The notes beneath the pieces are model-generated. The model did not search any database. It was given only the letters and a program-made list of their open reading frames with translations, and was not told the origin of the DNA. A stretch of 64,000 nucleotides of DNA from an uncultured Thermoleophilia bacterium (lineage in GTDB: Bacteria > Actinomycetota > Thermoleophilia > UBA2241): positions 6,442-70,441 of the forward strand of contig CAVOVA010000020.1 of NCBI GenBank assembly GCA_963699725.1, read 5' to 3'. Numbering within the stretch: position 1 is the first letter of the stretch; each line of letters starts with the position of its first letter. Below, in pieces: positions 9,804-20,639 of this stretch. A program made the position numbers and the translations under genes.

Positions 9804-10808
9804 CTATTCCTTGAGCTTCGGGTCGGTGGCGTCCCGCAGTCCGTTGCCGAACGAGATGAAACCGAAGACGGACACGGTGAGCGCAACACTCGGGAAGGTG
9901 ACCATCCACCAGCTGCCGGCCTGGAGATAGGTGAGGTAGTCGGAGATCATCTTGCCCCACGAGGCGTCGGGCGGCTGGATGCCGATGCCGAGGTAGCTGA
10001 GGGCGGCCTCGGTGACGATGGCGCCGCCGATGCCCATGGCGATGGCCACGTAGATGGGCGCCATCGTGTTGGGCAGCACGTGTCTGAAGATGATGCGCAG
10101 GTCGCTGGCGCCCTGGGCGCGGGCGGCCTCGACGTACTCCATGGCCTTGACGCTCAGCACCGAGCCGCGGTTCAGGCGCGCGTACGTGGCCCACCCCAGG
10201 ATGCCGATGGCGATGAACACGTTCCAGAGGCCCGGGCCGAGAACGGTCATGATGAGCAGCACGAAGAGGATGTAGGGAAAGGCGAAGAAGACGTCGGCGG
10301 TGCGCATGATCACCGAGTCCACCCAGCCCCCGTAGTAGCCGGACACCGGGCCGAGGATGAGACCGAGGAACAGCGCAATGGCGACGGCGATGACACCGAC
10401 GAGCATCGAGATGCGCGTCGCGACCAAGGTCCGCGAGAAGACGTCCCGGCCCAGGTAGTCGGTGCCGAACGGGTGCGACCACGAGGGTGCCGACCCGAGA
10501 CCGTTGGGCGACAGCTCGTAGTTCACGGCATTGGGATCGTAGGGCGCCAGATACCCCGTGCCGGGGTCGCCGGTGTTCAGCCCGACGAGGTTGGCGATCT
10601 CCTGGGTGATGCCCAGGGCGAGAAACACGATGATGATGCACATCCCCACGACGGCCAGGTGATTGCGCCTGAGGCGCCGCCAGGTGTCGGCCCAGAGACC
10701 GAGCGGACTGCGCCCGGCGAACTGGTCCTCGACCAGCTCGCGCTCGCCGACGCTGCTGATCGACACGTCGGTCGTGATGATGTTGCCGCTGGTGTCGCGA
10801 TCGCTCAC
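9804..10808 (-). CDS. ABC transporter permease (OppC/DppC-like)
   Basis: 334 aa, multi-TM, BPD-transporter EAA-like loop (EAARAQGASDLRIIFRHVLPN). Confidence 0.9.
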   Translation of the reverse strand: MSDRDTSGNIITTDVSISSVGERELVEDQFAGRSPLGLWADTWRRLRRNHLAVVGMCIIIVFLALGITQEIANLVGLNTGDPGTGYLAPYDPNAVNYELSPNGLGSAPSWSHPFGTDYLGRDVFSRTLVATRISMLVGVIAVAIALFLGLILGPVSGYYGGWVDSVIMRTADVFFAFPYILFVLLIMTVLGPGLWNVFIAIGILGWATYARLNRGSVLSVKAMEYVEAARAQGASDLRIIFRHVLPNTMAPIYVAIAMGIGGAIVTEAALSYLGIGIQPPDASWGKMISDYLTYLQAGSWWMVTFPSVALTVSVFGFISFGNGLRDATDPKLKE

Positions 10809-10814
10809 GTGGGC

Positions 10815-11789
10815 TCAGCCTTCCAGACGGATACGCGGGTCGACCCACGCATAACCGAGATCGACGGCCAGATTGGCGAAGACGTAGATGAAGGTCGCGA
10901 AGAGCACGCCCCCGGCGACGACGGGCAGATCGCGGGCGCCGATCGCCTGGTAGATCATCAGGCCGATCCCGGGGCGGGAGAACACGGTCTCGGTCAGGAT
11001 GGCGCCCCCCATGAGGGCTCCCAGATCGATGCCGGCGATCGTCATGACGGGGATGACGGCGTTCTTGAAGGCATGGCGGCGGACCACCGCGCGCTCGGAC
11101 AGGCCCTTGGCACGCGCGGTGCGGATGTAGTCGGAGCGGATGACCTCGAGCATCGAGGCGCGCTGCATGTACGAGATGTAGGCGACCCCGATGAGACCGA
11201 GCGTGACGGCGGGAAGGATCAGGGTCATGAAACTCGTCCACGAGGCCGGGAGGACCCAGAAGACATTGTCGCCGGCGCCGGTGAGCGGGAAGATGTCGAT
11301 CCCGAACCACTCCTGGAGCTTCAGAGAGAAGAACCACTGCATGAACAGGCCGAGCACGAACACCGGGATGCCCCAGATGATGAGCGCCCCCGTGGTGAGG
11401 GCAGTGTCCCAGAAGGTGTACTGGCGCAGGGCCGAGTAGATGCCCAACGGGATGCCCAGGAGCTCGATCAGCACCGCCGCCAGCGCCAGCTGGATGGTGT
11501 TGGGCGCGTTGTCCTTGATGAGCTCCATGACCGGCTGCTGGAGCGCGTACGACTCCCCAAGGTCGCCGCGCAGCAAACGGCTGACGAACCTGTAGTACTG
11601 CACGTAGACGGGCTGGTCGAGACCGAGCTGCTGGGAGATCTCGGCGACCCTCTCGGGGGTGGCGTTCTTACCGGCGAGCTGGCGTGCCGGGTCCCCCGGG
11701 ATGGTGAACATGATGACGAAAGTGATGACGCTGACGCCGAAGAGCACGATGACGAGCTGGAACAGGCGCCTGACGACATAGGAGGCCAT
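10815..11789 (-). CDS. ABC transporter permease (OppB/DppB-like)
   Basis: 324 aa, multi-TM, loop SDYIRTARAKGLSERAVVRRHAFKNA typical of OppB/DppB. Confidence 0.9.
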   Translation of the reverse strand: MASYVVRRLFQLVIVLFGVSVITFVIMFTIPGDPARQLAGKNATPERVAEISQQLGLDQPVYVQYYRFVSRLLRGDLGESYALQQPVMELIKDNAPNTIQLALAAVLIELLGIPLGIYSALRQYTFWDTALTTGALIIWGIPVFVLGLFMQWFFSLKLQEWFGIDIFPLTGAGDNVFWVLPASWTSFMTLILPAVTLGLIGVAYISYMQRASMLEVIRSDYIRTARAKGLSERAVVRRHAFKNAVIPVMTIAGIDLGALMGGAILTETVFSRPGIGLMIYQAIGARDLPVVAGGVLFATFIYVFANLAVDLGYAWVDPRIRLEG

Positions 11790-11857
11790 GCGCTACGCGA
11801 CCGTATCCACTTTTCCGCCTTCAGTCCGGAAGTGTATGACCGGGAATCCTCGGTGCG

Positions 11858-11896
11858 AGTGGCGGCCCGCCGCGCTTCTCGCGGCGGGCCGCCACT
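11858..11896 (-). terminator. Perfect 17-bp stem / 5-nt loop hairpin between the binding-protein gene and the first permease gene
   Basis: AGTGGCGGCCCGCCGCG-cttct-CGCGGCGGGCCGCCACT read directly from the sequence. No U-tract follows, so it may be an attenuating terminator or an mRNA stabiliser. Confidence 0.55.
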
Positions 11897-11954
11897 GCAA
11901 GGACTGCGAGCAGTCTAGGTAGTCACTACTGCACGCGCAAATCACGACTCGGTC

Positions 11955-13637
11955 TTATTGGGCAGCATCCGCCTTGACCCACACCGTCCACATGTCGGTG
12001 AAGCCCATCGGATTGTGGACGTAGCCGCCGATGCGGTTGTTGGTCACACGGAAGTCGCGGTAGAAGTACAGAGGCGAGGCCGGCATGTCCGTGAGGATCT
12101 GCTTCTCCGCCTGCAGGTACAGGTCGTAACGCTGCTGATCGTCGACCGTCTGGCGCGCCTGCAGCAGCATGTCGTCGACATCCGTGTTGGAGTAGAAGGT
12201 GTAGCTGCCCGTGCGCGCCTGGTCCGACTGGAACAGCGGGTACAGGAAGTTGTCCATCGACGGGTAGTCGGCGATCCAGCCCATGCGGAAGAGCTGGCTG
12301 CCGCTGCCCTCGGCGCCCTTCGAGAGCTTGTCGAGGAAGGTGCCCCACTCGAAGTTGCTGAGCTTCACGTCGATCCCGACGTTCTTCCAGCCGGCCTGCA
12401 GCACCTCGGCGATCTTCTGGTGGCCCTCGTCGGTGTTGTACCAGTAGTTGAGCGTCGGGACGGTGCCCAGACCGTCGACCATGGTCTTGGCGCCCTCGGG
12501 GTCAAAGCCGTACGGCGACTGCTCGGGCTGGTAGCCGGGGATGCCCACCGGCACGTAGCCCTGGGCAGCCAGCGGCACACCCTCGTTGACGATGTTGATG
12601 ACGTTCTGCGAATCCGTCGACATGGCGATGGCCTTGCGCAGTTCGAGGTCCTGACCGAGCGTCGCATCGGTCATGTTCATGCCGATGAAGTACACCGCCA
12701 GGGTCGGCCAACGCTTGGCCGTCCACTCGCCGCTCTTGACCTTGGGGTTGTTCTCGGCCGCGGCCACCTGGCCGGGCGGCACGTTGGTGTAGTCGGTGGT
12801 GCCCTTCTGGAACTCGAGCCACTCGGTCGACGACTCGAGGATGATGGGCATATTGATGTTGTCGACCCAGCCGGCGTTCTCGGTGTCCCAGTAGTCCGGG
12901 TTCTTGACCAACTGGACGGACTGGTTGTTCTTCCAGGACTCGACCATGTAGGGACCGGTGCCGACGGGCTTCTTGCCGTAGGCCTTGGCGCCGACCTCGT
13001 CGATGTACTCGACGGGAGTCGCCGCCGCGACGGTGTGGCCCAGCGTCTGCGGGAACTCGGCGAACGCGTAGCGAAGCTTGACCTCGAGCGTGTAGTCGTC
13101 GATCGCCCTGACGCCCGTCAGGCCCTGCTTCGGATCCACCTGGTAGCCGCCGTCATCGCATCCCTCGACCGGAGCGAGGATGTACGACACGTAGGACTGG
13201 TTGGCGGGGTCCGTGACCCGGTTCCACGAGTCGACGAAGTCCTGCGCCACGACCTCGCGGTTCACGGGCGCCTGGAACATGACGCCCTGCTTGAGCGTGA
13301 ACGTCCAGGTCTGCGAGTCGGTGGTCTCCCACTTCTCGGCGATGTCCGGCTCGGCCACCATCTCGCCTTGCTCGTTCAGCACGTACTTGGCCAGACCCTG
13401 GAACACCTGGTGGGCGACCTGCATGCCCTCAGACTCCTGGGCGTTGAGCGGCTCGATGGAGACCGGGTTGGCGCTGAGCGGGTAGTTGTAGGTGCCACCC
13501 GCCGTTGGCGTGCCCTCGCTGGTAGTCGTGTCGGTGGTCTCGTCGCTGCTGCCGCACGCGCCCAGAACGAGCGCAGCGGAGGCGAGGACGGCGGCCAGAA
13601 CGAGCAGGCCGCGCCAACTCCTGATGGGTTTCTTCAC
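11955..13637 (-). CDS. ABC transporter substrate-binding lipoprotein, family 5 (peptide/nickel type), copy 1
   Basis: GTG at 13637 is preceded by AAGGAGG. Lipobox LVLGACGSS. SBP_bac_5-like sequence throughout. Confidence 0.9.
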   Translation of the reverse strand: MKKPIRSWRGLLVLAAVLASAALVLGACGSSDETTDTTTSEGTPTAGGTYNYPLSANPVSIEPLNAQESEGMQVAHQVFQGLAKYVLNEQGEMVAEPDIAEKWETTDSQTWTFTLKQGVMFQAPVNREVVAQDFVDSWNRVTDPANQSYVSYILAPVEGCDDGGYQVDPKQGLTGVRAIDDYTLEVKLRYAFAEFPQTLGHTVAAATPVEYIDEVGAKAYGKKPVGTGPYMVESWKNNQSVQLVKNPDYWDTENAGWVDNINMPIILESSTEWLEFQKGTTDYTNVPPGQVAAAENNPKVKSGEWTAKRWPTLAVYFIGMNMTDATLGQDLELRKAIAMSTDSQNVINIVNEGVPLAAQGYVPVGIPGYQPEQSPYGFDPEGAKTMVDGLGTVPTLNYWYNTDEGHQKIAEVLQAGWKNVGIDVKLSNFEWGTFLDKLSKGAEGSGSQLFRMGWIADYPSMDNFLYPLFQSDQARTGSYTFYSNTDVDDMLLQARQTVDDQQRYDLYLQAEKQILTDMPASPLYFYRDFRVTNNRIGGYVHNPMGFTDMWTVWVKADAAQ

Positions 13638-13826
13638 TGTGACCTCCTTGATGACTGACAGAGCCAGACTCCCCCCGGAGTCCCTTACAGCCGCGGCGCG
13701 ATCGACGCACCGGCGACCGGATCTGCTTCTTTGACGCACCTCCCTCTTCTTTCAAGGGCACTGTGCAGCGCCCTTCGCTCATTTGTCAACTTTACTCCGA
13801 TATGCAATCGCCTGCAGAACCTCGGC

Positions 13827-15500
13827 CTACTCGACCCACACGGAGCGCACGTCGGTCAGCCCCATGGGGTCGACGGTGAAGCCGCGGATACGGCCGTCCG
13901 CAACGCGGAAGTAGCGGTAGAAGTACAGCGGCACGGCCGGCATGTCCGTGAGGATGATCTTCTCGACCTGGGCGTACAGGTTCTGGCGCTGCTGGCCATC
14001 CATGGTCGCGCGCGCCTTCTGCAGGAGCTCATCGACGCCTTGGTTGGCGTAGAACGTGTAGCTTCCGGTGGGCGACTGGTCGGACTGGAAGAGCGGGTAG
14101 AGGAAGGCGTCCATCGCAGGGTAGTCGGCGATCCAGGCCACGCGGAAGAGTTGGCTGCCGCTGCCGTTGTTGCCTCTCGAGAGCTTGTCCAGGAAGGTCC
14201 CCCACTCGTACTCAGTCGGCGCCACCGAGAGCCCGGCCTGCTCCCAGCCCGCGACGAGGGTCTCCGCTATCTGGCGGTGGTCCTCGTCCGCGTCGTACCA
14301 GTAGTCGAGGGTGGGGACGAAGCCCGCGCTGGTAACGAGGTTCGTGGCGTTCTCCAGGTCGTAGGTGTAGGGGTTCTGCGCGGCCTTGTAACCGGGGATG
14401 CCCGGGGGCACGTAGCCGGCGGCGACCTGCGCGATGCCCTGACTGACCTGGTCGACCACCGTCTGCGCGTCCGTCGATTGCGAGATGGCCTTGCGCAGGT
14501 CGAGATCGGGGCCCAGCGTGCCGTCGGTCATGTTCATGCCGACGAAGTACACGGCCGCCGCCGGCCACGCCATGGCCGTCCAGGTACCCGCGGCCACCTC
14601 GGGGCCGGCCTCGACGGCCGCGATCTCGTCGGTGGGGACCCGCGAGCAGTCCAGGTCGCCGCGCTCGAAGCCGGCCCACATGGACTCCACATCGTCGAAG
14701 ATCGGCAGCTCGACGGTGTCCACCCAGCCGGCGTTCTCGGTGTCCCAATACGTGGCGTTCCTGATGAGTCTGACGGAGCGCCCGCGGCGCCAGGAGGCCA
14801 CGGCGTAGGGTCCGGTGCCGACCGGCCTCTTCGCGAACGCCTTCTCCCCCACCTCGACGATGTACTCGACGGGGGTCACCGCGGCGACGGGGTGACCGAG
14901 CGTCGCGGGGAAGTCGGCGAACGGATAGCGCAACGTCACCTGGAGTGTCACGTCGTCGATCGCCGTCACGCCGGTCAGGCCCTGCGCCGGGTCCGTCTGG
15001 TAGCCGCGGTCGTCGCAGCCCTCGAGCGGCGCCAGGATGTACGCCACGTAGGACTGGTTGCCGGGGTCGGTCACCCTGGACCATGAGTCGACGAAGTCCT
15101 GCGCGGTCACGGGCCTGCTGACGGGAGCCTGGAAGGTCACGCCGGGCCTGAGGTGGAAGATCCAGTTCTGCGCGTCCTCGGACTCCCACGACTCGGCGAT
15201 ATCCGGCTTCGTGATCAGCCGGCCGTCGTCGTCGAGCACCCACTTCGTGAGCCCCTGGAAGACCTGATGCGCGACCTGCAGGCCGGACGCGTCCTGCGCG
15301 TTGAGCGGCTCGATCGACATGGGATTGCCCGGCAGAGGAAAGGTGAACGTACCGCCTGGCTTCGGCGTGCCCCCGTCGCCGGAGGGCGCACCACCCCCGC
15401 CTGAAGAAGCGCTGCCGCACGCCGCGAGAGCGGCCGCCCCGCCGAAGAGCAAGGCGGCGATCGCGAGCAGGACGACGAGTCTGAACGGGCGCGACGACAT
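13827..15500 (-). CDS. ABC transporter substrate-binding lipoprotein, family 5, copy 2 (tandem paralogue)
   Basis: 557 aa, lipobox ALAACGS. Collinear with copy 1 and, by eye, well over half of positions are identical (e.g. SIEPLNAQ...LQVAHQVFQGL, YWDTENAGWVD). Confidence 0.9.
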   Translation of the reverse strand: MSSRPFRLVVLLAIAALLFGGAAALAACGSASSGGGGAPSGDGGTPKPGGTFTFPLPGNPMSIEPLNAQDASGLQVAHQVFQGLTKWVLDDDGRLITKPDIAESWESEDAQNWIFHLRPGVTFQAPVSRPVTAQDFVDSWSRVTDPGNQSYVAYILAPLEGCDDRGYQTDPAQGLTGVTAIDDVTLQVTLRYPFADFPATLGHPVAAVTPVEYIVEVGEKAFAKRPVGTGPYAVASWRRGRSVRLIRNATYWDTENAGWVDTVELPIFDDVESMWAGFERGDLDCSRVPTDEIAAVEAGPEVAAGTWTAMAWPAAAVYFVGMNMTDGTLGPDLDLRKAISQSTDAQTVVDQVSQGIAQVAAGYVPPGIPGYKAAQNPYTYDLENATNLVTSAGFVPTLDYWYDADEDHRQIAETLVAGWEQAGLSVAPTEYEWGTFLDKLSRGNNGSGSQLFRVAWIADYPAMDAFLYPLFQSDQSPTGSYTFYANQGVDELLQKARATMDGQQRQNLYAQVEKIILTDMPAVPLYFYRYFRVADGRIRGFTVDPMGLTDVRSVWVE

Positions 15501-15601
15501 GATGAGCCTATCGCGGGCGCATGTCAGCCCGCTCCGGCGGTAAGTCGCGTCGATGCTCCCTCGGGACGATCGTGGGGCGGTCGTGAGCGCCTCCCCGGAC
15601 G

Positions 15602-15620
15602 GAGCGCGCTGCGCGCGCTC
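15602..15620 (-). terminator. GC-rich hairpin just downstream of secG
   Basis: GAGCGCGC-tgc-GCGCGCTC, 5 nt after the secG stop. The loop is very short and there is no U-tract. Confidence 0.3.
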
Positions 15621-15624
15621 GGCG

Positions 15625-15846
15625 TCAGCTCAGCCTCCACAGCAGCATGAACGTGTTCAGGAAGAACAGCACCCCCACGATGATCGTGTAGCGCGTGAGG
15701 TTCCGCTCCATGACGCTCGCGGACGAGGCGAACGAGAAGCCGGTGACGCTGGCCATGCCGGCGTCCTTGCCGGAGTGCAGCAGGATGAGCACGATCACGA
15801 GGATCGCGAGGACGAGCTGGAAGGTGACGAGGATGGCGTTGAGCAA
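15625..15846 (-). CDS. secG: Preprotein translocase subunit SecG
   Basis: TTG at 15846 is preceded by GGGGGAG. Two TM helices, LLHSGKDAGM motif, and the conserved position after tpiA in the gap operon. Confidence 0.8.
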   Translation of the reverse strand: MLNAILVTFQLVLAILVIVLILLHSGKDAGMASVTGFSFASSASVMERNLTRYTIIVGVLFFLNTFMLLWRLS

Positions 15847-15974
15847 GTCAGTTCTCCCCCTGGAGGCGGGCGTGGACGGACGCGAGCATACCATTCTTGC
15901 ACTTCAGCCGGCCTCCGCCAAACGTGACCGGCGACTGGTGCGGCCGGCGAGCGTGGTGGCCGGCGCCGGCAGGC

Positions 15975-17528
15975 TCAGGACTCGAGCAGGTCCCTGCCGG
16001 TCATCTCTCGCGGCTGTTCCACGCCCAGCAGCGCCAGCACCGTGGGCGCCAGGTCACAGAGCCGGCCGCCCTCGCGCACGCGCACGCCCGGCACCGTCGC
16101 GACGAAGGGCACGAGGTTCGTACTGTGCGCCGTGTTGGGGCTGCCGTCCGGCTCGAGCATGTGGTCGGAGTTGCCGTGGTCGGCGGTGATGAGGCAAGCG
16201 CCGCCCAGGTGGTCGACCGCCTCGACGACCCTGCCGAGGCAGGCGTCGACTGTCTCGACCGCCTTGACGGCGGCAGGAATGACACCTGTGTGGCCGACCA
16301 TGTCGGCGTTCGCGTAGTTCACGACCACGAAGTCGAACGCGTCGGCCTCCAGTTGCTCGACCAGCGCGTCAGTGACGCCCGGCGCGCTCATCTCGGGCTT
16401 GTGGTCGTAGGTGGGCACCTCACGCGGGCTGGGCACCAGGATGCGGGTCTCCCCCTCCGCCTCGCGTTCGACGCCGCCGTTGAAGAAGAAGGTGACGTGC
16501 GCGTACTTCTCGGTCTCGGCGATGTGGAGCTGTCGGAGGCCGTTCTCGGCGAGGACCTCGGACAACACGTGCGCGGGGTGCTCGGGCTGGAAGGCCGCGG
16601 GGAGTGTGAACTCCTTCTTGTACCGGGTCATGGTGACGAAGTCGACGGCGGGCGGGTGCGCGCCGCGGTCGAACTCGGCGAAGCCTCGTTCGGCAAAGGC
16701 GCGCGTGAGCTCACGGGCGCGGTCGGGGCGGAAGTTGAAGAAGAGGCAGACGTCGCCGTCGCGCACGCGCGACTCATGCTCGGGAGCGACGATCGTCGGG
16801 CGCACGAACTCGTCGTTCTCGCCGCGAACGTAGGCCGCTTCGACCGCCGCCTGGGCGTCTGCGGCGAAGAAGCCCTCGGCGTACGCCAGGGCGTCGTAGG
16901 CAAGCTTGACGCGATCCCAGCGCGTGTCGCGGTCCATCGCGTAGTAGCGGCCGCTGATCACGCCGTAGCGGCCGACGCCGAGGCGGTCCATCGCCGCCTG
17001 GATGGTGGCCAGAAAGCCCTTGGCGCTGCGCGGCGGCGTGTCGCGGCCGTCGAGGAAGGCGTGCACCACGACGTCGCGGACCTTCTCTCGACGGGCGAGC
17101 TCGAGACACGCCTCGAGATGGCCCATGTCGCTGTGGACGCCGCCGCCGGAGACGAGGCCCATCAGGTGAAGACGGCTGCCCCTGCCCGCCGCCTTGGCGC
17201 AAGCCTGGCGCAGGACGGGGTTCTCGAAGAAGCTGCCGTCCTCGATCGCGAGGCTGATCCGCGTGAGGTCCTGATACACGACGCGGCCGGCGCCGATGTT
17301 GAGGTGCCCGACCTCAGAATTGCCCATCTGTCCCGGCGGCAGTCCCACTGCAGGGCCCGAAGCGTCGAGGACGCCGTACGGATACTCAGCCGTGAGCCGG
17401 TCGAAGACCGGCGTCGCCGCGAGGCTCACGGCGTTGTCCGGGCCCGGCGGGCCGACCCCCCAGCCGTCCAGTACGATCAGTACGACTGGACGGTAGGTGC
17501 GTGCGCCGGCGGCGCCCGGATGGGTCAC
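15975..17528 (-). CDS. gpmI: 2,3-bisphosphoglycerate-independent phosphoglycerate mutase
   Basis: 517 aa. VLIVLDGWG, GNSEVGHLNIGAGR, ADHGN motifs. GTGA overlap with the pgk-tpiA stop. Confidence 0.95.
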   Translation of the reverse strand: MTHPGAAGARTYRPVVLIVLDGWGVGPPGPDNAVSLAATPVFDRLTAEYPYGVLDASGPAVGLPPGQMGNSEVGHLNIGAGRVVYQDLTRISLAIEDGSFFENPVLRQACAKAAGRGSRLHLMGLVSGGGVHSDMGHLEACLELARREKVRDVVVHAFLDGRDTPPRSAKGFLATIQAAMDRLGVGRYGVISGRYYAMDRDTRWDRVKLAYDALAYAEGFFAADAQAAVEAAYVRGENDEFVRPTIVAPEHESRVRDGDVCLFFNFRPDRARELTRAFAERGFAEFDRGAHPPAVDFVTMTRYKKEFTLPAAFQPEHPAHVLSEVLAENGLRQLHIAETEKYAHVTFFFNGGVEREAEGETRILVPSPREVPTYDHKPEMSAPGVTDALVEQLEADAFDFVVVNYANADMVGHTGVIPAAVKAVETVDACLGRVVEAVDHLGGACLITADHGNSDHMLEPDGSPNTAHSTNLVPFVATVPGVRVREGGRLCDLAPTVLALLGVEQPREMTGRDLLES

Positions 17529-19480
17529 GACGGCCCCGTGAAGCGCACGATGCGGGCGAACTCCCGCGGGTCGAGGCTGGCTCCGCCGACGAGCACGCCG
17601 TCGATGTCGGGTTGCGCCATCAGCGTGTCGATGTTGGCGCCCTTGACGCTGCCGCCGTAGAGGATGCGCACGCCGTCGGCGGCGTCGCCGAAGCGCTCAC
17701 GCACGCGGCTGCGCACGAAGGCGACGGTCTCCTGTGCCTGCTCCGGGGTCGCGGTCACCCCGGTGCCGATAGCCCAGATGGGCTCGTAGGCGATCGCGAC
17801 GGTGGCGAGCTCCGCCGCACTGATCTCGGCCAGGTCGGCATCGAGCTGGCCGCCGACCTTGCCCTCCGTCTGGCCGCCCTCCCGCTCCTCGAGCGTCTCG
17901 CCGCAGCAGAGGATCGGCCGCAGGCCGGCATCGAGCGCGGACCGCACCTTGCGCGCCAGGTCGGCGTCGTTCTCGGCGTAGTACTGGCGCCGCTCGGAGT
18001 GGCCGAGGATCACGTAGGGCACGCCGAGCTCGACGAGCATGTCCGGCGCCGTCTCGCCGGTGAAGGCGCCCTCGGCGGCGTAGTGCATCGTCTGGGCGCC
18101 GACCGCCACGTTGCTGCCGGCGGTGGCGGCGAGTGCCGTCTCGAGGCACACGTCCGGCGGGCAGAGCAGGACGTCCCGGTCGTCGACCCCGGCCACTTGC
18201 GGGACGAAGGCAGCGAAGAAGGTCTTCGTGTCCGCGCGGGTCTTGTACATCTTCCAGTTGCCCGCCATGAGCGGGCGACGACCCGGCGTCGCCGGAGCCA
18301 TACTGCGGTCCATGAGCGCCTCCACGCCGGGCAGCGCCCGGCCCTCCAGAAACTCCATCGATGCCCCCCCGCCAGTCGAGATGTGAGTGAGGCGGGCATC
18401 CAGACCGAACGTGCGCACCGCCGACACCGTGTCGCCGCCGCCGGCGACGGTGACCGCGACCCCGCCGGCGATGGCTTCACCGACGGCGCGTGTGCCGGCG
18501 CTGAACTCGTCGATCTCGAACAGGCCCATGGGGCCGTTCCAGTAGATCGTGCCGGCTCCGCGCAACTGGCGCACGAACTCGGCGGTCGTCTCGGGGCCGA
18601 TGTCGAGCGCCATCTCGTCGGCGGCGATGCCGTCGGCAGCGACGACCCGTGACGGCGCGCCGGCCGCGGCCTCACGTGCCGCGACGACGTCCGTCGGGAC
18701 GACCAGACGGCCGTGGGCGGCCGCCGCTTCGGCGAGGATCTCGCCGGCGACCGCGACCTCGCTGCCGGCGCCCTTGGACGCGCCGACCTCGTACCCCTTG
18801 GCGGCGAGAAAGGCATTGGCCATGGCGCCGCCGATCAGCACCGTGTCGGCGATCTTGAGCATGTGCCGGATGAGGCTGATCTTGTCGGAGACCTTGAGAC
18901 CACCGAGCACCACGACGAAGGGCCGCGCCGGATGGCGGAGGAGGCGGCCCAGGATCTCCAGCTCCTTGGTCATGAGCAGCCCGGCGATCGACGGCAAGTA
19001 GTGCGTCACGCCCTCAGTCGACGCGTGCGCGCGATGCGCGGTTCCGAAGGCGTCGTTTACGTATACGTCGCCGAGCGCGGCGAGCTGGCGGGCGAATCCG
19101 TCGTCGTCGCCCGTTTCCTCGGCGTGGAAGCGGAGGTTCTCGAGCAGGAGCACGTCGCCGGGTCGCAGGGCGGCGGCCGCCTGCGCGACGGCGGGGCCGA
19201 CGCAGTCGTCCGCGGTCGCCACTGGACGGCCCAGCAGCTCAGAGAGGCGCGCCGCCACCGGCGCCATGCGCAACCCGTCCACGACCGCGCCCTTGGGGCG
19301 GCCGAGATGGGACATGAGCACGACCGCGCACCCCTGGTCGAGGAGGTACGCGATCGTCGGCAGGGCGGCACGGATGCGCGTGTCGTCGACGACCCGGCCG
19401 CCCTCGAGCGGCACGTTGAAGTCGACGCGCACGAGGACGCGTTTGCCCGCGAGCGGATAGTCGGTGAGCGCACGCTTCAT
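17525..19480 (-). CDS. pgk-tpiA: Fused phosphoglycerate kinase / triosephosphate isomerase (single 651-aa ORF)
   Basis: N-terminal PGK (RVDFNVPL..., ...FLEGRALPGVEAL), linker DRSMAPATPGRRP, then TIM (LMAGNWKMYKT..., ILGHSERR, AYEPIWAIGTG). No stop codon between the two modules. Confidence 0.93.
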   Translation of the reverse strand: MKRALTDYPLAGKRVLVRVDFNVPLEGGRVVDDTRIRAALPTIAYLLDQGCAVVLMSHLGRPKGAVVDGLRMAPVAARLSELLGRPVATADDCVGPAVAQAAAALRPGDVLLLENLRFHAEETGDDDGFARQLAALGDVYVNDAFGTAHRAHASTEGVTHYLPSIAGLLMTKELEILGRLLRHPARPFVVVLGGLKVSDKISLIRHMLKIADTVLIGGAMANAFLAAKGYEVGASKGAGSEVAVAGEILAEAAAAHGRLVVPTDVVAAREAAAGAPSRVVAADGIAADEMALDIGPETTAEFVRQLRGAGTIYWNGPMGLFEIDEFSAGTRAVGEAIAGGVAVTVAGGGDTVSAVRTFGLDARLTHISTGGGASMEFLEGRALPGVEALMDRSMAPATPGRRPLMAGNWKMYKTRADTKTFFAAFVPQVAGVDDRDVLLCPPDVCLETALAATAGSNVAVGAQTMHYAAEGAFTGETAPDMLVELGVPYVILGHSERRQYYAENDADLARKVRSALDAGLRPILCCGETLEEREGGQTEGKVGGQLDADLAEISAAELATVAIAYEPIWAIGTGVTATPEQAQETVAFVRSRVRERFGDAADGVRILYGGSVKGANIDTLMAQPDIDGVLVGGASLDPREFARIVRFTGPS

Positions 19481-19511
19481 GGCGTCTTCAGCCTCCCGGT
19501 GAGTGCGTCTG

Positions 19512-20639
<1,128 letters not shown>

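Noticed and set aside
9802-11337. N-terminal extension of the OppD-like ORF (853 aa as listed)
   Set aside because: The extension overlaps the two permease genes in another frame and is Arg/Pro/His-rich. The canonical ATPase N-terminus begins at ATG 9801, directly after the permease stop.
13638-13739. Longer start for the first binding-protein gene
   Set aside because: GTG at 13637 has a near-perfect AAGGAGG and is immediately followed by a lipoprotein signal peptide. The 34 upstream codons are Arg-rich.
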